From a virus, in the IMG/VR virus record IMGVR_UViG_3300042387_002391: 64,000 nucleotides of DNA. One strand, 5' to 3'. The translations under genes were made by a program, and so were the position numbers. Shown in pieces: positions 1-10,210 of this stretch (its first letter is position 1; every line of letters begins with the position of its first letter). A model generated the notes under the pieces. The model was not told the DNA's origin and did no database searches. It saw only the letters and a program-made list of their open reading frames with translations.

Positions 1-2076
1 ACAGCCATCTTTCATTGTAATGTTAGATCCGTGTTGATGAAAGAAGCTTAACGAAGAGCTATTATCCAACGGAGCTGCTAAGTTTGTTCTGTTTTGACTT
101 AAAAAACCTCCTTCAGGACCCAGCTTCATTATAGTGCCGGTTCCAATAATTCCTCCTTCGTTTGTGTATGCTTCTGCTGGACTTCCTCCTCTATAAGCAC
201 TCTTCCATTCAGCTGAACTATAGCTGGCTGCAAAATATACGGGAAATAGTGGATTACCTTCTCTGAAGAATACCCAAACCATTGCTCCTGGATTTGGATA
301 AGCAAATAGACCGCTTGCCATATCGTTTGTGTTTATAACTGGAGTTCTTCCGTTACTGTCTGTGTTGTTTACGATGTTTGTTGATCCAGCTGCAATCAGA
401 GCAGAGCCAGCAACAGATCCAGTGTAATTTCCTGTCTGTCTTTCAGAATTTGCTATATTTTCAGCTAAGAGTTGCTTTTCATTTGAGTTAGGACTTCCGT
501 TAGTAATGCGTCGAATCGGTCCGTATCCAGCAGCCAATCCCAACCATTTGCCATCAGAAGTCTTACCACCAATTACGTTTTGACCTCCGGAGCGGTAGGT
601 ATTTCCAAAATACATTTCTTCCGCATATTTTACATAAGCGCGAGTGTTATCATTAGGGTCTTGTATGTTTCCTCCTCCGTGTCGTTGAAATTGAGTCGAT
701 CCCATTTGATATAGCCCAAACGAAGTCAGTGGTCCTTTTTTGAGTCCGTTGATGTCTGCTGCTGTGTTAGGATTAAAACTACTTTCGACACTTGCATTGC
801 GCGTAAAAAAATGGGCCCATTCTTCTTTTGAACCGGTAGTAATCCCGTATGTTTGACCGTCATTAGGAATTACCGGTTTTCCAGTAGTTTGCGGATCAAA
901 TTTTGAACCTTCCATGCTCTTCAGAACTCTGTCATACTGTGCTTTAAATGCAGGACTCATGTTGGAAGTATCGACATTGCTGACAGTTCCTCCTCCACTA
1001 ATTGTTCCAGTCATTCCTGCTTCCGGATTTGCAACTAAATTTGGTTGCGGAGCAGCATCAGCCTTTCCGTCACTTCTTGCTAAATTATTTGGAGCTGCTG
1101 GAGTTGCGTCTGCTGCTTGTTGTGTATTGTTGGAAGAAGGAGGTTCTTGTCCTGTAATTTTGCCTCCTATTGCTGCTGTGTATTTTGCTAGACCTTGATC
1201 ATTTAGTCTATAAACAGTAAAATTATTATAAGATGCTGTCTTGTTTTCCGTAAAAAAATGAGTCTGAGGATTATCTGAAACCCACACAGCTTCTCCTGAT
1301 TTATCGAATCCGACGCACTTTTGAGCATGACCATGACCCTTTCCTCCACCTCCTCCGCAAAAAACCGAATCTCCTGCCTGGGGTTTATATGTCGAAGGAT
1401 CAACCGTAAAGGGTTGTTGAAAGTATTTTGCTCCTGTTCCTTGCGTATACGGATTATACCCTGTTCTATTTGTTCCTCCTGTAGCTAAATCAGAAGCTGC
1501 ATCAAATCCTGCTGAAGGTCCGTTATTGTCGATAAGACCTGCTGCTTTGTCCAAACCAGTAGTTCCTCTTGCACACATTCCCCACTGTTTATCTGGATCA
1601 TTATTATTGTATGCGCTCTCTGATTTGTTCGGATCATAATCTAATTGTGCTATGCCTTTTGCTTTGTTAATGAGACCTTGAGCGTCTCCTCCCTCAACAC
1701 TTACGGGAGTGGAAGTTGGTCCTTGATTAAAAAAGTGATTGGCTGCTCCAGCAACTGCATTATAAGCAGCTCCTGCAGCACCTTTGACAGCACTTGTAAT
1801 ATCCGAAAATAAATTTCCAGGAGCAGACGATCCAATAATAGGAGAAGCTGCTTCTGCCCATGGAAGAATTTTAACAAGCCGTGCATGAATTTCTGGTGTG
1901 AGTCCTTCAGGAATATTGCTTCCAACACATGAAATCTCAATATCTTGTCCTTCTTCATTCCAACCTTCATAAATAGCTGGCATAATATGCGGAACAAAAA
2001 CTTGCACTCTTCCTCTATATTCAGGATCTGTCGAATTCACGACTAACCCCAGGTGATTGCCAAAATATTGCTTCAT
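1..2076 (-). CDS. gp5: gp5/VgrG-like baseplate central spike with inserted CHAP-like amidase and lytic transglycosylase domains (runs off the window)
   Basis: Manual translation, 692 open codons: MKQYFGNHLGLVVNSTDPEYRGRVQVFVP...LPWAEAASP; GMCARG/GHGHAQ/WVSD; VESSFNP/FGLYQM/DPNDN; GLFAYPNPGAMVWVFFREGNPLFPVYF; HQHGSNITMKDG. Confidence 0.85.
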   Translation of the reverse strand, partial: MKQYFGNHLGLVVNSTDPEYRGRVQVFVPHIMPAIYEGWNEEGQDIEISCVGSNIPEGLTPEIHARLVKILPWAEAASPIIGSSAPGNLFSDITSAVKGAAGAAYNAVAGAANHFFNQGPTSTPVSVEGGDAQGLINKAKGIAQLDYDPNKSESAYNNNDPDKQWGMCARGTTGLDKAAGLIDNNGPSAGFDAASDLATGGTNRTGYNPYTQGTGAKYFQQPFTVDPSTYKPQAGDSVFCGGGGGKGHGHAQKCVGFDKSGEAVWVSDNPQTHFFTENKTASYNNFTVYRLNDQGLAKYTAAIGGKITGQEPPSSNNTQQAADATPAAPNNLARSDGKADAAPQPNLVANPEAGMTGTISGGGTVSNVDTSNMSPAFKAQYDRVLKSMEGSKFDPQTTGKPVIPNDGQTYGITTGSKEEWAHFFTRNASVESSFNPNTAADINGLKKGPLTSFGLYQMGSTQFQRHGGGNIQDPNDNTRAYVKYAEEMYFGNTYRSGGQNVIGGKTSDGKWLGLAAGYGPIRRITNGSPNSNEKQLLAENIANSERQTGNYTGSVAGSALIAAGSTNIVNNTDSNGRTPVINTNDMASGLFAYPNPGAMVWVFFREGNPLFPVYFAASYSSAEWKSAYRGGSPAEAYTNEGGIIGTGTIMKLGPEGGFLSQNRTNLAAPLDNSSSLSFFHQHGSNITMKDGC

Positions 2077-2094
2077 GATATTAGTTTATTAAAG

Positions 2095-3816
2095 TCAATA
2101 AGAAAAGTTAATAGGCGAAAAGCCAGATGGAGCATTTATACCTTCTGTCGGAAGCTGGTAAGTGATGCCTTGAGTAGTTTTTGTTGCAACTGGCTTTAAT
2201 TTTTTGGCATTGTCTACTGTTGGACCTACGCCAAGATTTGGATTTTGGTTTAACCAAGGCTTATCAGGTGGCGGAGCAAATCGGTTCAGAGTAGAAGATT
2301 TGTCTATTTCTTTTTGAACTGTTTCTGGTAAAATTTTTGATGTTGTTGCTGGTGCAGGAATGCCTTGAGCAGTTTGATGTGGTCCAGCTTTTGGTGGCTG
2401 ATAAACATCCGGATGATTTTCTTGAGTATCAATTGCTGGCGGTTCTGTTTGAGGTTTATTAAACGCGTCGTTAATCATAGGTATTTTGTCAGCAAATTTG
2501 TCCAAAGCTTTTACAAAGACTCCGTCAGATAAAGTATCCAAAGTATCTCCAACACTATAACCTAAGTTGCCAACAAAGCCCAAGCCTGGAATGTTCGAAA
2601 TATTTTGCATTTGTTGGCTAATCTCTGGAGGTAAAAATTGCTCTGGATTTCTTAGCGCTCCTGTAATTTGACCAACTGCATCCAAACCTTGGTTAACTAT
2701 ATCGCTTGCTCCTGGAATAAATTGTATAGCTGCTCCTAAAGGATTGTTAATAGCACCAGAAGCAATCGAAGCAAAATCACCAACTTGGCTGGCGAGGTCT
2801 GTTACTGCATCAAATCCTCCAACCATTCCTGATATATCTCCAATAAAGGAGGCAAGATCTCCAATTGCTGAAAAGAATTCCAAAAGCTCCGTTCCTCCTA
2901 AAGCTTTGTCAACAAGAGCATTTACTGCAGCCATTGCTATGTTCATTACCGTCGTAACAATTCCGTCAATTAAATCTGCAATTGCTTCTAAAATTTCCAT
3001 TAATCCGTTGTATACATCAGACATAATTTCAAAAGGAACAGATAAAATTGCATCAGCAGCTGTTGCAAGATTTCGAATACTTCCCATCATTTTGCTCGGA
3101 AGATTTGAAAGACCTTCTAAATTTAATGATTTGTATGTGCCGTCCATTTGTTCTACAAATCCTGGATTAATTTTGCCAACAAGAGAAGTTAGCGAATTGG
3201 CTAAAAACTGTGGAGCTCCTAAAGGATTTTTAGCAAGATCCGTTAAATCTCCTATAGCTGAACACAAACCAATAGGTTCTAAAGCTTTTTTAATTCCTGC
3301 TCCCCAACCTTGAATATCGTGGATTGCTTCCTGCTCGAATTGTTTAAGGCCTGCTGTTACATTGTTTATCGAACCGCTAATCCCATTTGTCGGTTGTTCC
3401 ATTCCACTTCGAATAAAATCATTGTTTGATGCAAGATTTTTCAAAATGTTTCTCGCAGGGTCATTAAGACCAGTAAAAGGATCTCCTGCAGAATTTGATG
3501 TATTGTTAAACGAACTGAGTAACTTTGAATGCCATGCTGTTGTCGTTGAGTCTGGACTGGACTCAGAAGTTTTTATACGATTTTGTATATTAGTAATTGC
3601 ATGGACAGCAGACGCATTAGAAGAACTTGCTGACCGAGCAGCTTGTTGTCTGCTAACAGCACTCTCAGAAATCCCATAAGCACTGCCGTATATTTGTTTT
3701 CCAGTTCTGTCGGTTATACTCAAAACATTTCCGGCAGAATCCTTAAGAATCTTGTTTCCAGACTTTGAATCTGTGGATTCAGTCATCCCATAAGCAGTAA
3801 CGCTAGTTTCAGCCAT
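2095..3816 (-). CDS. Hypothetical protein, probably virion/baseplate associated
   Basis: 573 aa Gly/Ala/Ile-rich helical ORF directly upstream of gp5; GGAGA RBS upstream. Confidence 0.6.
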   Translation of the reverse strand: MAETSVTAYGMTESTDSKSGNKILKDSAGNVLSITDRTGKQIYGSAYGISESAVSRQQAARSASSSNASAVHAITNIQNRIKTSESSPDSTTTAWHSKLLSSFNNTSNSAGDPFTGLNDPARNILKNLASNNDFIRSGMEQPTNGISGSINNVTAGLKQFEQEAIHDIQGWGAGIKKALEPIGLCSAIGDLTDLAKNPLGAPQFLANSLTSLVGKINPGFVEQMDGTYKSLNLEGLSNLPSKMMGSIRNLATAADAILSVPFEIMSDVYNGLMEILEAIADLIDGIVTTVMNIAMAAVNALVDKALGGTELLEFFSAIGDLASFIGDISGMVGGFDAVTDLASQVGDFASIASGAINNPLGAAIQFIPGASDIVNQGLDAVGQITGALRNPEQFLPPEISQQMQNISNIPGLGFVGNLGYSVGDTLDTLSDGVFVKALDKFADKIPMINDAFNKPQTEPPAIDTQENHPDVYQPPKAGPHQTAQGIPAPATTSKILPETVQKEIDKSSTLNRFAPPPDKPWLNQNPNLGVGPTVDNAKKLKPVATKTTQGITYQLPTEGINAPSGFSPINFSY

Positions 3817-3879
3817 TTCTTAAAATTCTCCTTTCATTACCTTTAATTATTGCTCACCAGCAATAATTGCCAGCACTTT

Positions 3880-3984
3880 ATGCGCAACGAAGCTAAAGCA
3901 ATTGCTGAGGATTTAAACAAAAATGCTATTGCAAATCTATTTTTGCAGACAACTCTTCTTCAAAAGAGCATAAAACTACTTTAA
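3880..3984 (+). pseudogene. Frameshifted copy of the 5107-5286 gene
   Basis: NEAKAIAEDLNKNAIANLF aligns to NEIEAIVEDLIENTIVELF; two extra T (ctatttttgcagac vs ctatttgcagac) shift the frame. Confidence 0.7.
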
Positions 3985-4075
3985 AATGCTACAAATCATC
4001 TTCCAAGTGCTCATCTGTTAAAGTCCATGCGAAGAAGATTAGAGAACTTTTGGAGACAATTGAATAAATAACTTT

Positions 4076-4978
4076 ATGAATTTTGTCCGACTGGTAGAAG
4101 AAATGCTGTTAACAGAAGATCCAGATAGTGCGCGCTTTTGTTATAATAATCCGATGGGAGCCTGTCCTAAAGAAGACGACAAATTAAAAATAGATGTAGA
4201 TTACGAAGACCTTTATTTCACCGATAATAACAATTCGACGTTTGAAATTATTGATATTTTATTTAAACGTCCCAAAAAATACACAAAAACAGCTTTATTC
4301 TATTCTAAATTTGGCGAAGGCGCACTAATGGATCACTATGGATTGAGAGGAATGATTCAACATTCAGAATATTTAGAATTGTGGAACTGCTTTCCGTCGG
4401 AAATGAAGCAAGAGATCATAAATTCGTTTAAGATGGTTGACAAAAGCAAAGTCGATAAGAAAGATGAAAGTTCATTGCCTTATACCTTTAGTAAAGCAGG
4501 TAATCCTAGAGGACGTTATTGGATAGCAAAGGAAAGATTTTTTGTATCAATGTGGGCAGGAGACGAAGAAATTATCAAAAAGTGGTTGAAGATTGCTAAT
4601 CCAGTTTGGAATCCAAACAACTTTCCTTTCTTCTATCAAGCTCCTGGTGAAAAATGGGATCATTGGATTGACGGGAACGATTTTATTAATTCCAAATCAA
4701 GTGCCCTTGCAATCAGAACTCCAGAAATTATTGATCTAGAAAAACAAATAAACCAACTTATTCCTCAAGTCCATACTTCATCTGGCCGAGAAAAACAAAA
4801 GATCAAAAATCAGATCACGGACCTACAAAGCAAGATCAAATCTCTAGGAGGTATTTCAAAAAGCACAGAAGATATTGTTACTGCTAAAGGTTCCTATAAA
4901 CAAGCACAAATTGCAGGGAAGATGCCCGTTGCTCAAATGAGTTCTCTTAGACAAACATCCGAATCATTTTCAGGTTAA
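4076..4978 (+). CDS. Hypothetical late protein, possibly capsid-packaged
   Basis: 300 aa ORF; AATAAATA-N5-ATG late motif; N-terminus MNFVRLVEEMLLTE. Confidence 0.65.
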   Translation: MNFVRLVEEMLLTEDPDSARFCYNNPMGACPKEDDKLKIDVDYEDLYFTDNNNSTFEIIDILFKRPKKYTKTALFYSKFGEGALMDHYGLRGMIQHSEYLELWNCFPSEMKQEIINSFKMVDKSKVDKKDESSLPYTFSKAGNPRGRYWIAKERFFVSMWAGDEEIIKKWLKIANPVWNPNNFPFFYQAPGEKWDHWIDGNDFINSKSSALAIRTPEIIDLEKQINQLIPQVHTSSGREKQKIKNQITDLQSKIKSLGGISKSTEDIVTAKGSYKQAQIAGKMPVAQMSSLRQTSESFSG

Positions 4979-5106
4979 TATTTGAACAACGCTGGTGATG
5001 AAGTTTTTTAAAAAAAAGATGGACGAGAGTATGTTCTGAAGCCATTTTTTAAAAATCTCCTCTCATAACCTTTAATTATGTTTGCTGCTAGATAATTACG
5101 AGCACC

Positions 5107-5286
5107 ATGTACTCAAAACAAAATGAAATTGAAGCAATTGTAGAAGATTTAATCGAAAATACTATCGTAGAACTATTTGCAGACAGCTTTTCTTCGAAAA
5201 AAGAGTGTGAAATTGCTTTGGAAGTATTAATTTCTAAGCTTGAAGACTTCGATATAAAGACTTTTAAGGAATTTTTTGATAATTAA
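5107..5286 (+). CDS. Small acidic hypothetical protein (59 aa)
   Basis: Manual translation MYSKQNEIEAIVEDLIENT...FKEFFDN; GATAATTA motif upstream. Confidence 0.65.
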   Translation: MYSKQNEIEAIVEDLIENTIVELFADSFSSKKECEIALEVLISKLEDFDIKTFKEFFDN

Positions 5287-5294
5287 GATTAGCA

Positions 5295-6998
5295 ATGTCT
5301 AATAGATTTCACAACAAGTTTCATAGATTTAACCATCATTCTGCTGGAAGTCCGGATCCGAAGTATCCAGATGCTGGTTATGATCCAATTGCTTCTTTTG
5401 ATTCTCCCTTTCAAGGAGAGTTTTATTCAGAAGGTGATATTATTACTACACAAAATCTTTCTGCTGGAATTGATCTGACCGTTGATAGAAACGCTTTAAT
5501 AAGAAATAACTTGGTTGTTGGTTATGATGCAAACGTCAGAAACGACTTGTTTGTTGATAATAATTTTACTGTTTCCGGAAGTTCTTCAAATATTGATACT
5601 CTAGTTTATATTACTTCCGCAGTAGACATTTATAATAGTGGCGTTGGACCCGCTTTAAGAGTAAATCAGCTAAGCAGCGAACAAATTGTACACTTCGTAA
5701 ATGACGGAGTTTCTTCATTTATCGTTGATGCAAGAATTAACTCTCCAGGCTTTGTTGGTATTAACACAGAAACTCCTAGTGAAAGACTAACCGTAGTTGG
5801 AAATATAAGCGCTGTTGGAAGCACACATATTACCGAAAATTTGTTTGTTTCTGGAAATGCTTTTATTCAGGGTAATCTAGCAGTAGATTCTAATGTATTT
5901 TTTGTAGATGTATCAGCAAATAAAGTTGGTATTAATACTCAAACTCCTAACGAAGCCCTAACAATTGTTGGAAATATAAGCGCTGTCGGAAATACAATTA
6001 CAACAGCAAATGTTTATGTTTCTGGAAATCAACAAATTGATGGAACGCTTCAAGTCGGAACAGTGCCAACAGGAGCAACTGACAACGTAATTACGCTTAG
6101 CGGAGACCTGTTTGAGACTCGTTTAATTAATTCTAGAGTTTGGGATACGACTGCAGAATTTCTTAGTGCAAGAAATCTTACTGCAAATTATCTTCCGAGG
6201 TATACCAGTTTAAATACTTTAGAAAATTCTACGATTAGAGATCAATTAACAAGCTTGATTATTGCAAATGACGTCATTATTCAAGGAACACTAAATGCCC
6301 TCGGAAGTGCTTCGTTTGTTAATACAATATTCACAACAACTTCTTCGATTAGTGTAGTAAATCTCGGCGAAGGTCCTGCTTTATATGTTTTCCAGGCATC
6401 AGGTCCGCATGACGTTGCTTCCTTTTATGACGGAGACGGCATTGAGGTATTGCACGTCGGAAATGCTCAACCAAGCGGCTTAGGCAGAATTGGCATAAAT
6501 ACAGGAGAACCAAATGTTGAGTTAACAGTAAACGGGTCAATATCTGCTACTGGAAATGTTGACATTACAGGCAGATATTTGAGTGGCGGTCAAGATATTT
6601 CTCTAATTGTTTCCAACATAGTTTTAAACAGTGATTTGTACAACATGGTTCCTCTTTCTGGCGGAAGCTTGACTGGAATCATTAAACCCAATACGGTTTT
6701 GATAAATCCTTCAGCTGTAACAGAACTACCGCTTACAGGAAACGACATTGAATTTCTCGGACAAATTTCCGATATTACGATTACATCTTTTCTAAGCGGA
6801 ACAAGAGGAGTCACTTATACGCTAACAAACAAAGAAACGTACTCCGTAACAATAAGTTCTTCTCCAACAATCTACGTAAGAGGAGGCAATAACTGGCTGA
6901 GTAATGCTTCAAATTATGTCTATTCTTCAATCGTTCTTTTGTCCGGATACTCTTGCTCGCTTAGAGCTGATTCAAGCGATGTCGTTTCAGTTTGGTAA
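5295..6998 (+). CDS. Tail fibre-like virion protein with beta-rich repeats
   Basis: Three GINTxxPxxxLTxxGxISA repeats; Ser/Thr/Asn/Gly rich. Confidence 0.65.
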   Translation: MSNRFHNKFHRFNHHSAGSPDPKYPDAGYDPIASFDSPFQGEFYSEGDIITTQNLSAGIDLTVDRNALIRNNLVVGYDANVRNDLFVDNNFTVSGSSSNIDTLVYITSAVDIYNSGVGPALRVNQLSSEQIVHFVNDGVSSFIVDARINSPGFVGINTETPSERLTVVGNISAVGSTHITENLFVSGNAFIQGNLAVDSNVFFVDVSANKVGINTQTPNEALTIVGNISAVGNTITTANVYVSGNQQIDGTLQVGTVPTGATDNVITLSGDLFETRLINSRVWDTTAEFLSARNLTANYLPRYTSLNTLENSTIRDQLTSLIIANDVIIQGTLNALGSASFVNTIFTTTSSISVVNLGEGPALYVFQASGPHDVASFYDGDGIEVLHVGNAQPSGLGRIGINTGEPNVELTVNGSISATGNVDITGRYLSGGQDISLIVSNIVLNSDLYNMVPLSGGSLTGIIKPNTVLINPSAVTELPLTGNDIEFLGQISDITITSFLSGTRGVTYTLTNKETYSVTISSSPTIYVRGGNNWLSNASNYVYSSIVLLSGYSCSLRADSSDVVSVW

Positions 6999-7025
6999 TT
7001 TCAACAAATTTAGATAAATAAAAAT

Positions 7026-7448
7026 ATGCTCAACAAAGATCTACATCTCCTCGAAGAGGCCTACCTCTCAATCAACAAAAAAATGCCTTCTCTTCCTTCT
7101 GATGAAGAGTCAGTAACTCTCGATGCTAATAAAGTAGTTAGCGCAGGAGCAATGGACGGACCAGCTCCAGGAGTTGACATGGAAATGGTCGAACCGCAAG
7201 AAACTCCTTCTACAGATTCTCCAGTCAAGATTAGCATAATGCCTTCTCCGATTGACAATGAAGAAGGGTGCTGTGAAGAATGTGATGAAGAAATTGATAT
7301 GGCAATTGATAATCTCAATTCCATTCGCGAATCCATCATGAAAATTGCTGTTCATTGCGCATCCGGAGCACAGCTCGAAACTTGGGCTCAGCAAAAGCTT
7401 GCAATTGCCATGGACAATCTTGCTGGTGTTGCAAGATCTCTTCGTTAA
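7026..7448 (+). CDS. Hypothetical acidic late protein
   Basis: GATAAATA-N5-ATG; N-terminus DLHLLEEAY. Confidence 0.65.
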   Translation: MLNKDLHLLEEAYLSINKKMPSLPSDEESVTLDANKVVSAGAMDGPAPGVDMEMVEPQETPSTDSPVKISIMPSPIDNEEGCCEECDEEIDMAIDNLNSIRESIMKIAVHCASGAQLETWAQQKLAIAMDNLAGVARSLR

Positions 7449-8206
7449 GATTTCTTATTGATTTCTGGAAAATTTTTCAGAATTCCTTCAAGCAACTTTT
7501 CAAGAGTTGAATTAATTTTTCCGTCCCAAGGCTTAGAGTAGCCAGGAAAATTATTTCCTTTTTCTAGTGTGCAGTGCCAAGAAATTTGCTCACATCCCGG
7601 AAGTTCGAAAAACATAATGTGATCAGTACTAAATTCTTTCGCGTTCTGCTTTCCGAAACACCATTTTTCGACTCCAAATAATTCAGCAAGCTCTAAAATC
7701 AAATCATGTTTTTGCTGATAAACTTTGTCTTTGTACTTTGGTGGCGTTTTCTTTGCAGTTATGTTCTTATCTTCAATCTCTAAGGCAATCCTGTAAGCTC
7801 TTGCAATCTCTGAACTTTCTGCTAATTTGTTAAGTCGTCTCTTGAGTTTATTTGTGCCAATTCCAAGACAATTGCTTCTCACGTCATCCAAAATTTCAAT
7901 CAGCTCTTCGTTCTTTTGTAGTGCTTTGAATCTTTCGAGTTCTTCTTCTAAATCATATAAATCGTCTTCTTCGTCATTTATCTTTTTAGGTTGAATGGGA
8001 GCAGATCTTTGTGCCAAAAACTTCCGTGCTTCATGATTTGGAACATGCAAAATTCCTGTAATTTTAGTTTTTCCGTCAACTCTGCAGCTAATAATTTGAT
8101 TAGCTCGCTTCGGAGTAATTTTTAATTTCTCAATAATTGCTTCTCTGCTGTTTTTCAGAACAAAGTCTTTAAATTCAGCAACTGTATTAATTTCTTTTTC
8201 TTTCAT
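7445..8206 (-). CDS. Hypothetical phage protein
   Basis: 253 aa ORF with FELPGCEQISWH and PWDG motifs. Confidence 0.7.
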   Translation of the reverse strand: MKEKEINTVAEFKDFVLKNSREAIIEKLKITPKRANQIISCRVDGKTKITGILHVPNHEARKFLAQRSAPIQPKKINDEEDDLYDLEEELERFKALQKNEELIEILDDVRSNCLGIGTNKLKRRLNKLAESSEIARAYRIALEIEDKNITAKKTPPKYKDKVYQQKHDLILELAELFGVEKWCFGKQNAKEFSTDHIMFFELPGCEQISWHCTLEKGNNFPGYSKPWDGKINSTLEKLLEGILKNFPEINKKS

Positions 8207-9461
8207 TGGTTTCTAAAAGGTTGTTTAATTCTTTAATTTTTTCTGAAAGCTCCCAATTTTTTTTAATCAATAAAGCACACTGAACTTCAAACACTTTGGC
8301 ATTCTCCAACATTTGCTGCTCTTGAATTGCTTGCAAGAGTTGTTCTCTAAGCATCATATGCTTTCTTCTCTTGACTAAAGGAATATTTCGACTGAAACCA
8401 AATTCTCTAAAGTCGCTTTCAAGTCTGTTTGTCGTTCTTGTTAATAGATAATTCTCGAAGACTTGTTTTTCTGGCAAATTACTGAAAGGCATTCTGTGTG
8501 CAACAATCCACTTTTTAAAAGCACCGAGAACAACGCCAAGCTCTTTGCCTTGCAAATGTGTCCATTCCATCACGGTCAGGCCACTAAATTTGTCTTTGAG
8601 ATGATCTTTTAAGAGCTTTTCGGACATCAATTCTTGCCAGTTTTCATACAAGTTCACATTAAAGTGCTGATTAATTTCATCAATATAAACCGTTTTATCA
8701 CGCTCTTGCTTAAAAACACTTTCTTTATTTTCGATGAATTCTAACCAAGCATGATAATCAGCACGAACTCTGTCTCTTTTGCGATTATTATGATTTAAAT
8801 TTTCAAAAGCAAAGATTTCTTTATTGAATACGTTAGCAGAAGTCAAGAACTCAAAAATATCTTTCTGTTCTTGAAATTGATGACAAAAACCTTTAAAAAA
8901 TTCTTCATGCAGATCAAAGCAATCAGGACTGTAATCAAATCCTAAAAAGTTCAGAGTTTTGATAAATGACCGCCAAGGATTGTGCGAAAGGATTGGAACG
9001 GTGCCTAATTGCTCGGAATCAGACAATTTGATTGGATATGAGAGGCCGACAATGCCCCACTTCAAACCTTTTTGCTTTAGAAGTCTTCCAAGAATATTTC
9101 CCATTGGCGAAAAACAAGAAAACAAATACAAAGCATATCGTTCATTTCTCGAAGGAACCAAAGACAAGTCAACTTGAACTCCCTTATAGTCGAAGCTGTA
9201 AACAAAAGAATTTTTAGAAATAAATTGAGGTTTAAAAAGTTCTTTGATAAGCGCTTCGTCTTGAGATCCGCTCGAAATTCCTACTAAATCTATATCTCCA
9301 AAGCTCTGTTTGTTTGCATAATGTAGAACATCAAGAAGTTTTGATCCTCCAAAAGAGTCTTGTGCAGTTCTGACTAATTCGTCAACAAGCACTGCATAAG
9401 TGTCTTTGTCGACTCTCTTTCCTTCAAAGCCAAATTGTTCTTTTAGTGCTGTGCCTCCCAT
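8187..9461 (-). CDS. Pol-beta superfamily nucleotidyltransferase
   Basis: SFGDIDLV and QVDL acidic motifs; MGGxAL start. Confidence 0.7.
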   Translation of the reverse strand: MGGTALKEQFGFEGKRVDKDTYAVLVDELVRTAQDSFGGSKLLDVLHYANKQSFGDIDLVGISSGSQDEALIKELFKPQFISKNSFVYSFDYKGVQVDLSLVPSRNERYALYLFSCFSPMGNILGRLLKQKGLKWGIVGLSYPIKLSDSEQLGTVPILSHNPWRSFIKTLNFLGFDYSPDCFDLHEEFFKGFCHQFQEQKDIFEFLTSANVFNKEIFAFENLNHNNRKRDRVRADYHAWLEFIENKESVFKQERDKTVYIDEINQHFNVNLYENWQELMSEKLLKDHLKDKFSGLTVMEWTHLQGKELGVVLGAFKKWIVAHRMPFSNLPEKQVFENYLLTRTTNRLESDFREFGFSRNIPLVKRRKHMMLREQLLQAIQEQQMLENAKVFEVQCALLIKKNWELSEKIKELNNLLETNERKRN

Positions 9462-10210
9462 AACTTTAATTCGCTTGGCGAAAAATTCGTAAATGTGAAA
9501 ATTGAATAGTGCTGACCTTGTTTGTGAAGAAATGATTCATCGATGTAGTATTTCCTATATTTCCACTCATTTGGAATTATTTCAAGTGCTGTCATATCAC
9601 TTTCTGATAATTCTTTTGAATTTGCAAGCATTTGTTTTAAAGAAGGAACATTTACTTCAGGAAAAACCGTTGCAAGTAAATAAATCCTATTTCCATCATG
9701 TCCAAAAGCCGTTTTGCTTTCTTTTGGTGTCAAGCCGATTCTGAGAATCTTTTTTGCTCTGTCTTTTTCTGTAACGTGAATTAGCGTCACTCCGCTTTTT
9801 GGCAAAACAATTTCTAAAGGAAACTTTGCTTCAAGACGGCAAAATAAAGTTTCTTGATCTCTGAACTTGAACTTGGGGTTTGTTTTGGAAGCAAAATATC
9901 CATAGGTCTTTAAAATTGGATCAAGGTTTGCGATATCAAAATTTTTGTGAAAAATAAATATAACCGAAAAGACGTCTCCGTATTTTGTTTTATTTTCTTT
10001 GAACGGACGCACGTTCTCAGAATGCAAGATATCTGCTTCAAATCTCGAATAAATTGCTTTCTTTAATTTTTCTGCTCCATAAGAGACTTCCAAACCTTCC
10101 TCGAGCAAGTCTTCTGTATGCTGATTTTTAAAATTATTCAAACCAACCATTTCAAAAGCAAATTTGAAATTCTCATTGATGATTTTTTGAAATAAATTTT
10201 CAAATTTCAT
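9443..10210 (-). CDS. ADP-ribosyltransferase/Tpt1-fold protein
   Basis: LIHVT...ILRIGLTPK...RIYL; paralog of 41756-42523. Confidence 0.55.
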   Translation of the reverse strand: MKFENLFQKIINENFKFAFEMVGLNNFKNQHTEDLLEEGLEVSYGAEKLKKAIYSRFEADILHSENVRPFKENKTKYGDVFSVIFIFHKNFDIANLDPILKTYGYFASKTNPKFKFRDQETLFCRLEAKFPLEIVLPKSGVTLIHVTEKDRAKKILRIGLTPKESKTAFGHDGNRIYLLATVFPEVNVPSLKQMLANSKELSESDMTALEIIPNEWKYRKYYIDESFLHKQGQHYSIFTFTNFSPSELKLWEAQH

